Origin: a virus
IMG/VR virus record: IMGVR_UViG_3300021495_000001
Location: 18,536 to 82,535 of that record
Strand: one strand, 5' to 3'
Length of the DNA: 64,000 nucleotides
This document shows positions 27,502 to 36,904 of this stretch, piece after piece; positions within the stretch are counted from its first letter, which is position 1, and each line of letters opens with the position of its first letter. The translations under genes were made by a program, and so were the position numbers. The notes under the pieces are model-generated. The model searched no databases and had not been told where the DNA came from. It saw nothing but the letters and a program-made list of their open reading frames with translations.

Positions 27502-27733
27502 TGAAAAAATGGCAATCAGGAAAGATGACCCAAGAGAAAGGTATCTTTATGATGCTGAGTTTAGGACATTGGTTGATGCTATGTTAAAACTTGTTGAGAA
27601 CTGTCAATTTACTCCTTTTGAATTAAGACAGGCTCTTGTTTTGGCTCTTATAAAGTATGAGGAACTGACTTTGAGGGCATCACCTTTTAAGTTATCTCCA
27701 AAGATAGATATTTTATGGGGAAATGAAAAATAA
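27494..27733 (+). CDS. Hypothetical protein
   Basis: Collinear ORF. Confidence 0.4.
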   Translation: MSNEKMAIRKDDPRERYLYDAEFRTLVDAMLKLVENCQFTPFELRQALVLALIKYEELTLRASPFKLSPKIDILWGNEK

Positions 27734-27762
27734 ACATTATTTCAATAAATAAAGGAGAGCTT

Positions 27763-28116
27763 ATGAGTAAAAAAATAGATGATTATTTAGATTTGAATGT
27801 TAGAGATAATGGTCCAAGCATTATCATTGAAGGTAGTTTTACCTTCAAAACAATACAGGAATTTCACAAAAATGTATACTCTCAGTTTGAAGAAGAGCTA
27901 AGGTATATGTCAAAAATGACATTATTGAATGAAATCATGGAATTAATTACCAAAGAAATCAAGGAGAATGGTGACAAGATATTAGAAATCTCAGGTAAAG
28001 TACTGAAGAGCAGGATGTTTGGTTCAGATGAAGAGCAATTAAGAGAAATAATGAATCTGGTACAGTTAACTTTACTCATGTTAGTAAGAAAAAATGAGGA
28101 TATGGCTGAAAAATAA
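27763..28116 (+). CDS. Hypothetical protein
   Basis: Collinear ORF. Confidence 0.4.
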   Translation: MSKKIDDYLDLNVRDNGPSIIIEGSFTFKTIQEFHKNVYSQFEEELRYMSKMTLLNEIMELITKEIKENGDKILEISGKVLKSRMFGSDEEQLREIMNLVQLTLLMLVRKNEDMAEK

Positions 28117-28127
28117 AGGAGGATATA

Positions 28128-28412
28128 ATGGGCAAAGAGGGAAAGATAACAGTGGAGAGGTTAGTGGAGTTAAAAACAGAATTGGAAAAGGAGATAAAGG
28201 AATACCTATGTGCTAAATTCTATGATTTTCAGCAGAAGACTGGAGTACCTGTGTCTAACATTCATGTTTCTTTCTATGGCCTACCCCGTCACCTCTGTTC
28301 TAGTAATCCCTGGCAGAAGCATTCTATTTCAGAAAGAATGGATGACAATTCTCTAAAGGGAGTTGAGGACGTCACAGTAGAGCTAGATATTGACAGAGTG
28401 GGGGAAGTTTAG
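28128..28412 (+). CDS. Hypothetical protein
   Basis: Collinear ORF abutting the clamp loader start. Confidence 0.4.
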   Translation: MGKEGKITVERLVELKTELEKEIKEYLCAKFYDFQQKTGVPVSNIHVSFYGLPRHLCSSNPWQKHSISERMDDNSLKGVEDVTVELDIDRVGEV

Positions 28413-29330
28413 ATGGCTTTATACTTAAAATACAGGCCAAAAGAGTTTGATGAAGTATATGGGAATGAGCAAACATTAGAGACACTACAAGAGCTGTTAG
28501 CCAAACCCAACCCTCCCCATTCATACTTACTTCATGGCCCAACTGGATGTGGAAAGACTACATTGGCAAGGATAATTGCCAGAAAACTGGGGTGTGAAGG
28601 GAATGATTTCAGGGAACTAGATACGGCAGATTTCCGTGGGATTGACACCATAAGGGAAATCCGTGAACATATGCAATACCGTCCGCTGCAGGGGAAGTGT
28701 AGAGTTTGGCTTCTTGACGAGGTCCACCAAACAACCAAGGAAGCCCAGAATGCATTACTAAAGGCACTTGAGGATACTCCCCGTCATGTTTACTTTATCC
28801 TCTGCACCACTGACCCACATAAACTCCTCCCTACTATCAGGGGGCGTTGCAGTGAGTTTTCTGTTAAACCTCTCAGTGACAGGGACATGAAAAGCTTGTT
28901 ACACAAGGTGGTAAAAGCAGAGGGGGAGAGGTTAAGCAAGAAAGTATATGACCAAATAATACAGGACAGCCAAGGGCATCCGAGAAATGCTTTACAAATA
29001 CTGGAACAAACGCTAGCCGTCCTGCCAGAGAAACGCCTTGAGGTGGCTAAGAGGGTAGCGGAGAAGCAGTCGCAGACTATTCAACTATGCCGTGCCCTTT
29101 TGGATGGCTCTCCATGGACTAAAGTGATGCAAATATTGAAAGGGCTGAAGGAAGAGGACCCAGAGGGGGTGAGGCGAGCAGTGTTGGGGTATTGCCAAGC
29201 AGTGTTGTTAAATGGTGAAAACAATCAGGCTGGGGTGGTTATGGAGGAGTTTATTGAGCCTTTTTATAATAGCGGTTTTGCAGGTTTGGTGTTTGCTTGT
29301 TATTCAGTAGTGATGGGGGGTGGAAGTTGA
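28413..29330 (+). CDS. Clamp loader AAA+ ATPase (DNA pol III gamma/tau / RFC-like)
   Basis: LLHGPTGCGKTTLARIIA (Walker A), WLLDEVHQ (Walker B), IRGRCSEF (sensor/SRC-like). Confidence 0.85.
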   Translation: MALYLKYRPKEFDEVYGNEQTLETLQELLAKPNPPHSYLLHGPTGCGKTTLARIIARKLGCEGNDFRELDTADFRGIDTIREIREHMQYRPLQGKCRVWLLDEVHQTTKEAQNALLKALEDTPRHVYFILCTTDPHKLLPTIRGRCSEFSVKPLSDRDMKSLLHKVVKAEGERLSKKVYDQIIQDSQGHPRNALQILEQTLAVLPEKRLEVAKRVAEKQSQTIQLCRALLDGSPWTKVMQILKGLKEEDPEGVRRAVLGYCQAVLLNGENNQAGVVMEEFIEPFYNSGFAGLVFACYSVVMGGGS

Positions 29331-29370
29331 AAGAAATTAAAAGAAAAAATAACAAAAAAAGGAGGAAATT

Positions 29371-29760
29371 ATGAAAATTAAAAGAGAAATAGCAAAAATA
29401 ATTTACTCCATCACACCTTCCTACTCTTCTGGACAGGAAGATTTAAGAAAAATAGAAGAGCTTACTAAGCTTTTTAAGTCCTATGCTCGTTCATTAGTAC
29501 CTGATATACAACATTATGATAATGATGATGTGAAGAATCCTGACCTCCAATTCAGAGTTATTTGTGCATATAAAGATGGTTACAATGCATGTAGGGAAGA
29601 AATATTGAATTCAATAAATAATGAAGAGGATAGCTCTCTTATTATAAAAGATGGGTGGAAAATAAACAAAGAAGGTAAGATTGAAGTCCAAACTGGGCTG
29701 GATAAACGTGATGGTAAATGGGGTACAGGCAAGTACTGTAGATTTGAAGGAGATAAATAG
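29371..29760 (+). CDS. Hypothetical protein
   Basis: Collinear ORF. Confidence 0.4.
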   Translation: MKIKREIAKIIYSITPSYSSGQEDLRKIEELTKLFKSYARSLVPDIQHYDNDDVKNPDLQFRVICAYKDGYNACREEILNSINNEEDSSLIIKDGWKINKEGKIEVQTGLDKRDGKWGTGKYCRFEGDK

Positions 29761-29761
29761 A

Positions 29762-30046
29762 ATGAAATGGCCAAAGTATAGGTACAAATACAAAGCCTAT
29801 CCTGACGCACTTTTATCTCTGCAGTTCCGCAAAGATGGAAATGGAAGGCCAATATTTTCTATTACTAGCAACTTAACTAAGAGAAGGCATCTTGATGACA
29901 GTTTTACCCAGTTAAGCTACCCAAAGTTTGGACGGGACTTAGCTCAAGCAGATTTTTTAAGTGAACAAGACAAGCTTGCTTTAGACCTTTTTTGTAAGTC
30001 TTATTTGGAATGTAGAAGGGAAACGAAAAGCAAGGAGAATAAATAA
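29762..30046 (+). CDS. Hypothetical protein
   Basis: Internal Met (MKWPKYRYKYK) of ORF 29681..30046, chosen to avoid a large overlap. Confidence 0.35.
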   Translation: MKWPKYRYKYKAYPDALLSLQFRKDGNGRPIFSITSNLTKRRHLDDSFTQLSYPKFGRDLAQADFLSEQDKLALDLFCKSYLECRRETKSKENK

Positions 30047-30517
30047 ATGGATTGGGCAGAAAAAGAAGTAGCAAGTCTGGAATTAAGTAGGAGGCTAAAA
30101 GAATTAGGGTTTCCTCAAAATAGGGAAGGCTGGCACTGGGTAAAAACTACATATCCTATTAAATGGGTATTAGCAATTATGTTAGATGGAATATGGTTGA
30201 GTGCGAAAAACTATATTACAATTAAAGATGAAGTAATAGAAGAAATTGTTAAAGCTCCTACCTGCCCAGAAATGGGTAAATGGTTACCGCTTTATTTAGA
30301 TGTGAGAAAAGGCGTTCTTTCTGCTGAGGTTCATAGATTGCATCTGTATAGAACTTATGATGGTTGGTGTATTTCCTATGGGGCATTAAGCCGATGCGCA
30401 TTTACTCTTCCTAATGCTTTTGCTGAAATGTTGATATATTTAGTGAGAAATGAATATATGTCTTTCAGCCAAGGAGAGATAAAGATAATCCCCCTATTGC
30501 GAGAGGGGGGATATTAA
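30047..30517 (+). CDS. Hypothetical phage protein
   Basis: LSRRLKELGFPQ ... APTCPEMGKWLP pattern, which I recall from uncharacterised phage proteins (not checked). Confidence 0.4.
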   Translation: MDWAEKEVASLELSRRLKELGFPQNREGWHWVKTTYPIKWVLAIMLDGIWLSAKNYITIKDEVIEEIVKAPTCPEMGKWLPLYLDVRKGVLSAEVHRLHLYRTYDGWCISYGALSRCAFTLPNAFAEMLIYLVRNEYMSFSQGEIKIIPLLREGGY

Positions 30518-30542
30518 ACAAAATAGACAGGGAGGATAAATA

Positions 30543-31025
30543 ATGGACTTTGAAAAAGACATAAACATAGATGAGCAGGCATTGGATGTGGAATGGTTAG
30601 AACAGCCTAGGATAACTCTCCAGTATGCCAAGTGGGTAGCAGATTTGGAGGAGAGGAAAGACAGGGCAAAGGAGTTAGTGGAGGTGATGAAAGCAGAGCT
30701 AGATAAAGATATACGGAGCAATCCTGATAAGTATGGATTGGCTAAAATTACTGAGGGGGCTGTTCAAAATACTATTATTCTGCAACCAGAATACAGAGAG
30801 GCCCAAGAGGCTTACATTGAGGCTAAGCATGAGAGTGATATTGCAAAAGCTGCAATGAGGGCAGTGGATACAAAGAAGATGGCGTTGGAAAACTTAGTAA
30901 AGCTGTTTGGCCTTTCTTACTTTGCAGGACCTTCTGTGCCACGAAATCTAGCAGAAGAAAGGGCAAAGAAACAGAAAGAGAGCAACCAAAAAGTGGCTAG
31001 GGCTATGAGGAGAAAGAAACAATGA
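30543..31025 (+). CDS. Possible UvsY-like recombination mediator
   Basis: Weak pattern similarity (IDEQALDVEWLEQPRITLQYAKWVADLEERK) and position upstream of the SSB and recombinase genes. Confidence 0.25.
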   Translation: MDFEKDINIDEQALDVEWLEQPRITLQYAKWVADLEERKDRAKELVEVMKAELDKDIRSNPDKYGLAKITEGAVQNTIILQPEYREAQEAYIEAKHESDIAKAAMRAVDTKKMALENLVKLFGLSYFAGPSVPRNLAEERAKKQKESNQKVARAMRRKKQ

Positions 31026-31174
31026 AATGGTGGTTGATTGTAGTTGGAGTGGTTATCTGTCTGCCTTTTTATGCCTATGTGCTTAGTAAACATATTACAT
31101 TGGGTAAATTAATGGCATATAGGGTGATTTTAAAGATGGGCAAGGAGAAAAAGGATGAAGATAGAGGAATTTGA
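31022..31174 (+). CDS. Small membrane protein (50 aa)
   Basis: MKWWLIVVGVVICLPFYAYVL; below the ORF-track cutoff. Confidence 0.3.
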   Translation: MKWWLIVVGVVICLPFYAYVLSKHITLGKLMAYRVILKMGKEKKDEDRGI

Positions 31175-31535
31175 GTTGGAGAGAAATGAAGAAGGAGTAC
31201 AAGTCTCAATGACTATTGCGTTGGAGACGAACGTCAGATTTAAGGTTCCTAAATCCTTGGGTTCCTTGGAAGTGGTTAGAGGGGCTGATGTTGATGAGGA
31301 AGGAAAGCTAAAGGGGATGGTGGAATTTGACAAATTGTGGATAGAAACAAAACATATAGATAATTTTACTGATGTGAGACGAGCAGTTACAGAAATCAGA
31401 GGGTTGATTAGGGAAATCTCTCTTGCCGAGAGAGCGGCGATGGATACCTGTTTGCTTATTGAAAACTATATAAGAAAGGAGTTGCAGGAATATTTAATAA
31501 AGGAGGACAAAGATGAGAAAGAAGAGGAGAAGTAA
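31155..31535 (+). CDS. Hypothetical protein
   Basis: Collinear ORF. Confidence 0.4.
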   Translation: MKIEEFELERNEEGVQVSMTIALETNVRFKVPKSLGSLEVVRGADVDEEGKLKGMVEFDKLWIETKHIDNFTDVRRAVTEIRGLIREISLAERAAMDTCLLIENYIRKELQEYLIKEDKDEKEEEK

Positions 31536-32520
31536 ATTCAGAGACAGGGTGGCTGCAGATGCACAGAGGCAACGTAACCAGCGGTCTCAATACGGTCATC
31601 TTCAGTTACCTAAAGGGATACGGATGTTTAGGGAGGAGCCTAACACGAGGGTTAAGTTAGACTTCTTACCGTACCGTGTCACTGACCCACATCACCCTGA
31701 TAGGGATGAGGAGCTGGGGATAGCTGTGGAGGGGGAGCTTTGGTATAAACGCCCTTACAAGTTGCACCGTAATATTGGCATAAATAATGAGACAATAGTT
31801 TGCCCTACCAGTGTTGGTAAACCCTGCCCAATTTGTGAGTATCGGGCAAGATTGTTGAAAGAAGGGGGTAAATGGGATGATGATGCGGTGAGAGCACTCA
31901 GACCAAGTGACCGCAACCTGTATGTGGTGATCCCTCTAGGGCATAAAGAGTATGAAGAGAAACCACATGTCTGGGACATCAGCCAAGCATGTTTTCAGAA
32001 GGCATTGAATGAGGAGTTGGAGGAGGATGAGGACAGGGCGGTGTTTCCTGATTTAGAAGAGGGGTATACCTTGCGGATACGGTTTAGTGAGGAGAAGTTT
32101 GGGAAAAATACCTTTGCTGACACATCTAGGATTGATTTTATAGAGCGGGATAGTGTTTATTCAGAAGACATCCTAGAGCAGGTACCAAACCTAGATGAGG
32201 TTCTTACCATCCTTCCCTACAAGGAGATAGAAGCCAAGTTGTTTGATATGGATAGCGAGCCGACAGAGGAAGAGGAAATGGGACAGGAAGAGGTCAAGAA
32301 AGAAGAAGAGGAGGATGTACCTCTTCAGCCTAGTAGGTATAGGAAACCAAAAGAAACTAAGAGAGAGATAGAGAGAGAAGAGACAATCCGCAAGCCTAAG
32401 TCTAAGAAGTGTCCATATGGCCATGTCTTTGGGCAGGATTGTGAAGAGTTTGATGATTGTGATGATTGTGAGGTATTTGATGACTGCTTTGAACAAAGAG
32501 AAAAAGAAGAAAGAGGATAG
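31513..32520 (+). CDS. T4 gp32-like ssDNA-binding protein
   Basis: Zinc-site-like CPTSVGKPCPICE preceded by His; acidic C-terminal tail (EPTEEEEMGQEEVKKEEEED); adjacent to the recombinase. Confidence 0.5.
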   Translation: MRKKRRSKFRDRVAADAQRQRNQRSQYGHLQLPKGIRMFREEPNTRVKLDFLPYRVTDPHHPDRDEELGIAVEGELWYKRPYKLHRNIGINNETIVCPTSVGKPCPICEYRARLLKEGGKWDDDAVRALRPSDRNLYVVIPLGHKEYEEKPHVWDISQACFQKALNEELEEDEDRAVFPDLEEGYTLRIRFSEEKFGKNTFADTSRIDFIERDSVYSEDILEQVPNLDEVLTILPYKEIEAKLFDMDSEPTEEEEMGQEEVKKEEEEDVPLQPSRYRKPKETKREIEREETIRKPKSKKCPYGHVFGQDCEEFDDCDDCEVFDDCFEQREKEERG

Positions 32521-32893
32521 GGATATCCTGCTGGTTTTACCCAAACGAGATAGTAGCACATATCTGACAGGAAAATATATAGGGGCTTTTGTCCCAGTAG
32601 AGGTGTCTGATAGTCTCCGCTTAACTGCGCTGGTTGAGGGTGAGACTTTGCAGGGGGTTGTACAGAGGAGGCTACAAGAGGGAAGTAATATAAAGACATC
32701 TATTGACCAGATGGTAGAGGCACTTTGTAGGACATGGGAAGAGATGCAGGGGAGGGTAAGGGTTGGGGTGTTTGAGGAGTGTATTAGATACAGGTTGGGT
32801 AGGAAGGGAATTAGCAAAAGAGTTATAGAGCAAATAGTAAGCAAGGTGAGGAAGCATTGTGAAAAAAAGAAAAAGAAAAAGCCTAACAGTTGA
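32480..32893 (+). CDS. Hypothetical protein
   Basis: Internal Met of ORF 32417..32893. Confidence 0.3.
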   Translation: MTALNKEKKKKEDRDILLVLPKRDSSTYLTGKYIGAFVPVEVSDSLRLTALVEGETLQGVVQRRLQEGSNIKTSIDQMVEALCRTWEEMQGRVRVGVFEECIRYRLGRKGISKRVIEQIVSKVRKHCEKKKKKKPNS

Positions 32894-33908
32894 GCAAGTG
32901 AAAAAACATGCCCAACAACCTGTGGGGAAAACCCCCCAGTATGAAGGGGATATAGAAAAGATAATTAGCACTGGATCAACTCTTTTAGACCTAGCCATTT
33001 CAGGCGGTAGGGTGCATGGAGGGGGAATACCTGCTGGGATAATGGTAGAAGTGTTTGGGCCAAGTAGCACTGGTAAGACTGTTTTGTTGTGTGAGATAGC
33101 GGGGAATGTAAAAAGGCAGGGTGGGCAGGTGATGTTCCATGACCCAGAAGCCCGCCTAAATAAACAGTTTGCCAGGTTGTTTGGGTTAGATGTGGAGGAG
33201 ATTGAGTACCAGATACCAGATACTGTCAGTGAGGTGTTTAAACCCATCAGAGAGTGGGACCCAAAACCGAGGGGAAAAGTACATGGAATTTTTGCTGACT
33301 CATTGGCAGCACTCACTACAGAGATGGAAGAAGAGGGGAAGGACTCATATGGGATGAGACGTGCGCGGGAGTTTAGTGAGCAATGCAGGTTGACATGTAG
33401 AGAGTTAGCTAAAAAAGGCTTCCTTATGGTCTGCTCAAATCAAATCCGTCAAAATATAGATGCAGGGTCTTTTGGCCCAAAATACAAGAGCCCAGGGGGG
33501 GAGGCAATTGGCTTCTACTCTAGCCTCCGCCTGCGTTGCCTTAATGCTGAAAAGATTAAAAAAAAGAAGAGGATTGGAGGCAAGGAAGTCGTCAGAGTGG
33601 TGGGGATAAAGACAGAGGTGGAGGTGTTTAAGTCTAGTGTGTGGAAACCCTACCACACTGCACCATTGTATATCTTATATGACTATGGGATTGATGACAT
33701 CCGTGCTAATCTCCGTTTTCTTAAGTCAACACTAGGGGAAAGTGTGTATAAGGTAGGGGGGAAAGAATTGGCAAAGAGGATTGAGGAGGCAATAGCAATT
33801 GTCGAAGAGGAAGGGTTGGAAGAAGAATTAAAGAAGGAGGTAATTAAGATATGGATGGAGGTAGAGAATCAATTCACTGTCAACCGAAAACCGAAGGTGA
33901 GAGGGTAA
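32859..33908 (+). CDS. RecA/UvsX-like recombinase
   Basis: TGSTLLDLAISGG...GGIPAGIMVEVFGPSSTGKTVLL (Walker A), FADSLAAL (Walker B-like). Confidence 0.8.
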   Translation: MKKRKRKSLTVEQVKKHAQQPVGKTPQYEGDIEKIISTGSTLLDLAISGGRVHGGGIPAGIMVEVFGPSSTGKTVLLCEIAGNVKRQGGQVMFHDPEARLNKQFARLFGLDVEEIEYQIPDTVSEVFKPIREWDPKPRGKVHGIFADSLAALTTEMEEEGKDSYGMRRAREFSEQCRLTCRELAKKGFLMVCSNQIRQNIDAGSFGPKYKSPGGEAIGFYSSLRLRCLNAEKIKKKKRIGGKEVVRVVGIKTEVEVFKSSVWKPYHTAPLYILYDYGIDDIRANLRFLKSTLGESVYKVGGKELAKRIEEAIAIVEEEGLEEELKKEVIKIWMEVENQFTVNRKPKVRG

Positions 33909-34099
33909 GGTATAGTTATCACCTAGCACTATTACGGATTCAGCACATAATAGATGAGATAAAAAAGACTTTGTGGGTTCTATATGAAAAAACAAATGGT
34001 ACCCCTCATTGGGTTAAGGGGATAGAAGGCGTATGTGAGCAGCTTTTAAATGTCCAGAAACAGCTGGTGGAAATGGAATCAAAGATTAAAAACAAATGA
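33851..34099 (+). CDS. Hypothetical protein
   Basis: Collinear ORF with a 58-nt overlap on the recombinase end. Confidence 0.3.
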   Translation: MDGGRESIHCQPKTEGERVRYSYHLALLRIQHIIDEIKKTLWVLYEKTNGTPHWVKGIEGVCEQLLNVQKQLVEMESKIKNK

Positions 34100-34464
34100 G
34101 AAAAAGAAAGATTACCCCCCAGTCTGCAAAGGCCAAAGCAAGGCGGTTACAATCTTGGGTGGCAAAACAGATAGCAAAAGTAACAGGTTTTCCTTGTGGA
34201 AAGGACAAACCAGTTGAGCCACGGCCTATGGGCCAAAGCGGGCCTGATGTCCGTCTGGAGGGACAGGTACTTAAGGTTTTTCCTTTTACAGTTGAGTGTA
34301 AATGGCAGGAGACATGGTCAATCCCAACATGGATACGACAAGTAAAGAAGAACCAGATGGAGGGGACGGACTGGTTGTTGTTTTGTAAGAAGAATAGGGA
34401 GCGTGCAGTGGTGGTGATGGATGCAGAGAGGTTTTTTGCTTTATTCCTAAAAAAATGGAGATGA
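34096..34464 (+). CDS. PD-(D/E)xK nuclease, Holliday-junction-resolvase-like
   Basis: GQSGPDVRLEG...FTVECKWQE (D...E-x-K arrangement); located in the recombination module. Confidence 0.45.
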   Translation: MRKRKITPQSAKAKARRLQSWVAKQIAKVTGFPCGKDKPVEPRPMGQSGPDVRLEGQVLKVFPFTVECKWQETWSIPTWIRQVKKNQMEGTDWLLFCKKNRERAVVVMDAERFFALFLKKWR

Positions 34465-35552
34465 GGGGAAAAATGATTAAATCTGTTACTATACAAAACT
34501 TTCAAAGCCATAAAAATACTACACTAGAGTTTTCAAAAGGGGTAAATGTCATTGTTGGGCTTTCTGATGCAGGAAAATCAGCTATCTTCCATGCAGTGAA
34601 CTGGGTAATAACTAACAGGCCTCTAGGGGATGCTTTCAGAAGTGATTGGGGCGGAAAAACAAGGGTAGAGCTGACCTTAGACCCAGGTGGTAAAGTAGTA
34701 CGAGAGAAAGATAAAAATAAGAACCAATACCTCATTTACCCAGCCCAAGATGATGACCCCCTAGTGTTAGAAGGGTTTGGCTCTGAGCCACCAGGAGAAG
34801 TTAATATACTTATGAACATGGACAGTATCAATATACAAAACCAAGCTGACCCACCATTCCTTCTGATGAGTAGCCCAGGGGAGGTTGCACAAATGCTAAA
34901 CAAGGCGGCCTCCATTGATGACATTGACCGAGTTACTTCCAGCCTACGAAGTACACACCGTCGGCTACAACAGGCAGACCAGACAGACCAAGAAAGACTG
35001 GAGGAATACAAAAAGGAGCTGGATAAATATGCAGAGTTGCCAAGGTTGGAAAAGGAGATAGGAAGGCTGGAGCAGCTAGAACAGGATAAGAAAGAGATGG
35101 AAAGGCAACTAACAGAACTAGATGATCTGTGTGAACAGTGGGAAGATTTGGAAGAGCAGTTGCATAAGACAGAAGGGGTAGAACAGAGTCTAAAGTTGCT
35201 GAGCGAAGTGGAAAAGCAGGCAGAGGAATGGAGAGGGGTAAAAGGGCGATATGAGCAACTAAGAGGGTTGTATAGGGATGCTATTACATTAGAAAGAAAA
35301 CTAAGGAAAATAAAGAAGATAACTATTATCACAGAGCGGTTTGAGGAGACAGAGAAAGCATATCAGGCATGGGTAGAGGTAAAAGAAGAGAGCAAAAGGT
35401 TGATGGATTTAGAAAGGAAAGGAAGACAAATCACACAAAGAATTGAGACATGTGAAAGAGAGGCAAGCAGGCTAAGTAAGGAGTTTCATGCTTTATGCCC
35501 AGATACCTGCCCACTTTGTGGTGCCCCTATGAGAGTGAAAAAAAGACATTAA
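34455..35552 (+). CDS. Rad50/SbcC-like ATPase, N-terminal half (Walker A, coiled coil, zinc hook)
   Basis: IKSVTIQNFQSH...GLSDAGKSAIFHAV, then a long coiled coil, ending in CPDTCPLCGAP (CxxC hook). Confidence 0.65.
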   Translation: MEMRGKMIKSVTIQNFQSHKNTTLEFSKGVNVIVGLSDAGKSAIFHAVNWVITNRPLGDAFRSDWGGKTRVELTLDPGGKVVREKDKNKNQYLIYPAQDDDPLVLEGFGSEPPGEVNILMNMDSINIQNQADPPFLLMSSPGEVAQMLNKAASIDDIDRVTSSLRSTHRRLQQADQTDQERLEEYKKELDKYAELPRLEKEIGRLEQLEQDKKEMERQLTELDDLCEQWEDLEEQLHKTEGVEQSLKLLSEVEKQAEEWRGVKGRYEQLRGLYRDAITLERKLRKIKKITIITERFEETEKAYQAWVEVKEESKRLMDLERKGRQITQRIETCEREASRLSKEFHALCPDTCPLCGAPMRVKKRH

Positions 35553-35588
35553 GGAAATAGGGAAGAGCGAGTATAATAATATAGAGGG
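35547..35588 (+). promoter_or_regulatory. Conserved phage promoter-like motif, copy 4
   Basis: CATTAAGGAAATAGGGAAGAGCGAGTATAATAATATAGAGGG. Confidence 0.55.
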
Positions 35589-35596
35589 GGGTAAAT

Positions 35597-36484
35597 TTGG
35601 TAACAGCAATCTTAACAGCAGACATTCACCTTTGGGACAACCCACCATCCACCCGCATTGATGATTTTCTAGTTGCACAAGAGAGAAAGCTCAAATTTTT
35701 AAAGGAACTTCAAGCCAAATATAAATGTCCAGTTATTGATGCAGGGGATGTGTTCAATGGATGGAAAGCATCACCGTGGGTTACCCTACTAGCCTACCAT
35801 CTTTTACCTACCCCTTTTATCACCGTCCCTGGTAATCATGACCTACCTGAACACTCTATGAAGCTGTATGAGAAATCATCCTTGGCATTGTTAGAAAAGG
35901 TGAGGAAGGGAGTAGCTGTGTTAAGTAGTGGTGGGGAAGCCTGTTTGCAGGGGTATACTGTTGCTGGGTTTGCCTATGGGGAGAAGTTGGGAAGGGTGGA
36001 TGGGGATATAGTTATAATCCATGATTTAGTATATCCTACAGGGAAACCTCCATGGCCTGGTGCTGAGGGGTACGAGGCTAGGAAGTTATTTGAACTGTTC
36101 CCCCATGCAAAATTAATCCTTACTGGACATAACCATACAGCTTTTGTTGAGGAACATGAGGGTAGGTTGTTAGTTAATCCTGGTTCTATGATGCGTCTGT
36201 CCATAGACAAGGCAGACTATAAACCACGGTGTTATTTGTACTATGGCAAACAAAATAGGGTTAGGGCTGTGTATTATCCGATTGAGCAGGGGGTATTTGA
36301 TTTAACCCACCGTGCTGCCATGGAAGAGAGAAAAAAGAGGATGGAGGCGTATATAGAGAGGATGAATATGGGAGTAGGGTGGGGGGTACAGTTTTCTTTT
36401 AGGGCTAATTTAGAGCAGTTTTTTAAGGAAAACAAGATACCAAGGTTAGTAAGGGAGGTAATATGGAAACATCTAGAGAGCTAG
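35597..36484 (+). CDS. Mre11/SbcD-like metallophosphoesterase nuclease
   Basis: ADIHLWD, DAGDVFN, VPGNHD, LTGHNH metallophosphatase motifs. TTG start. Confidence 0.75.
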   Translation: MVTAILTADIHLWDNPPSTRIDDFLVAQERKLKFLKELQAKYKCPVIDAGDVFNGWKASPWVTLLAYHLLPTPFITVPGNHDLPEHSMKLYEKSSLALLEKVRKGVAVLSSGGEACLQGYTVAGFAYGEKLGRVDGDIVIIHDLVYPTGKPPWPGAEGYEARKLFELFPHAKLILTGHNHTAFVEEHEGRLLVNPGSMMRLSIDKADYKPRCYLYYGKQNRVRAVYYPIEQGVFDLTHRAAMEERKKRMEAYIERMNMGVGWGVQFSFRANLEQFFKENKIPRLVREVIWKHLES

Positions 36485-36720
36485 GACAAAAGTTGCTAAG
36501 GCTAAAAGAACAGTTAGAGCGAAAAAAAGCAGAGAGGACAGAGCTACAGGGTCAGTTAAAAAGTGTAATGGAAATGCTGAAGAGGCAATATGGGGTAAAG
36601 ACGCTAGAAGAGGCAAGGGCGAAAATGGAAGAGCTGGAAAGGGAAGTAAGAGAGTATGAGATGGAAATTTACAAGGGGTTAGAAAAGATAGAAGAGTTGT
36701 TTAATGAGATAGAGGAGTGA
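36463..36720 (+). CDS. Coiled-coil protein
   Basis: Heptad-rich 85 aa. Confidence 0.4.
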   Translation: METSRELGQKLLRLKEQLERKKAERTELQGQLKSVMEMLKRQYGVKTLEEARAKMEELEREVREYEMEIYKGLEKIEELFNEIEE

Positions 36721-36724
36721 AGAG

Positions 36725-36904
36725 ATGGCTTTCAAAACAGGGGATAAAGTAAAAATTATTCCATCAAAAGTTACCAAAGTATTAAAAATAAGAGGGCTAA
36801 TCGGAACAGTAAAACATGTAGGGGATGGGCAAGCAATTGTTAACATACCCAGTAAGGGGGATTACCCTTTATTGTTCAGTGAAATAAGAAAGGTGAGAAG
36901 GTAA
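36725..36904 (+). CDS. Small SH3/KOW-like protein, paralog family member
   Basis: 59 aa, below the cutoff. MAFKTGDKVKIIPSKVTKVLKIRGLIGTVKHVGDGQAIVNIPSKGDYPLLFSEIRKV. Confidence 0.4.
   Translation: MAFKTGDKVKIIPSKVTKVLKIRGLIGTVKHVGDGQAIVNIPSKGDYPLLFSEIRKVRR

Noticed and set aside
32191-33316. Long minus-strand ORFs (217, 124 and 214 aa) opposite the SSB and RecA-like genes
   Set aside because: Ser/Leu/Phe/Cys-rich nonsense-like translations. They arise because the purine-rich coding strand depletes stop codons in the antisense frames. The sense genes have strong motifs.
34736-35332. 198-aa minus-strand Ser-rich ORF
   Set aside because: It lies antisense to the Glu/Lys-rich coiled coil of the Rad50-like gene, a classic antisense artefact.
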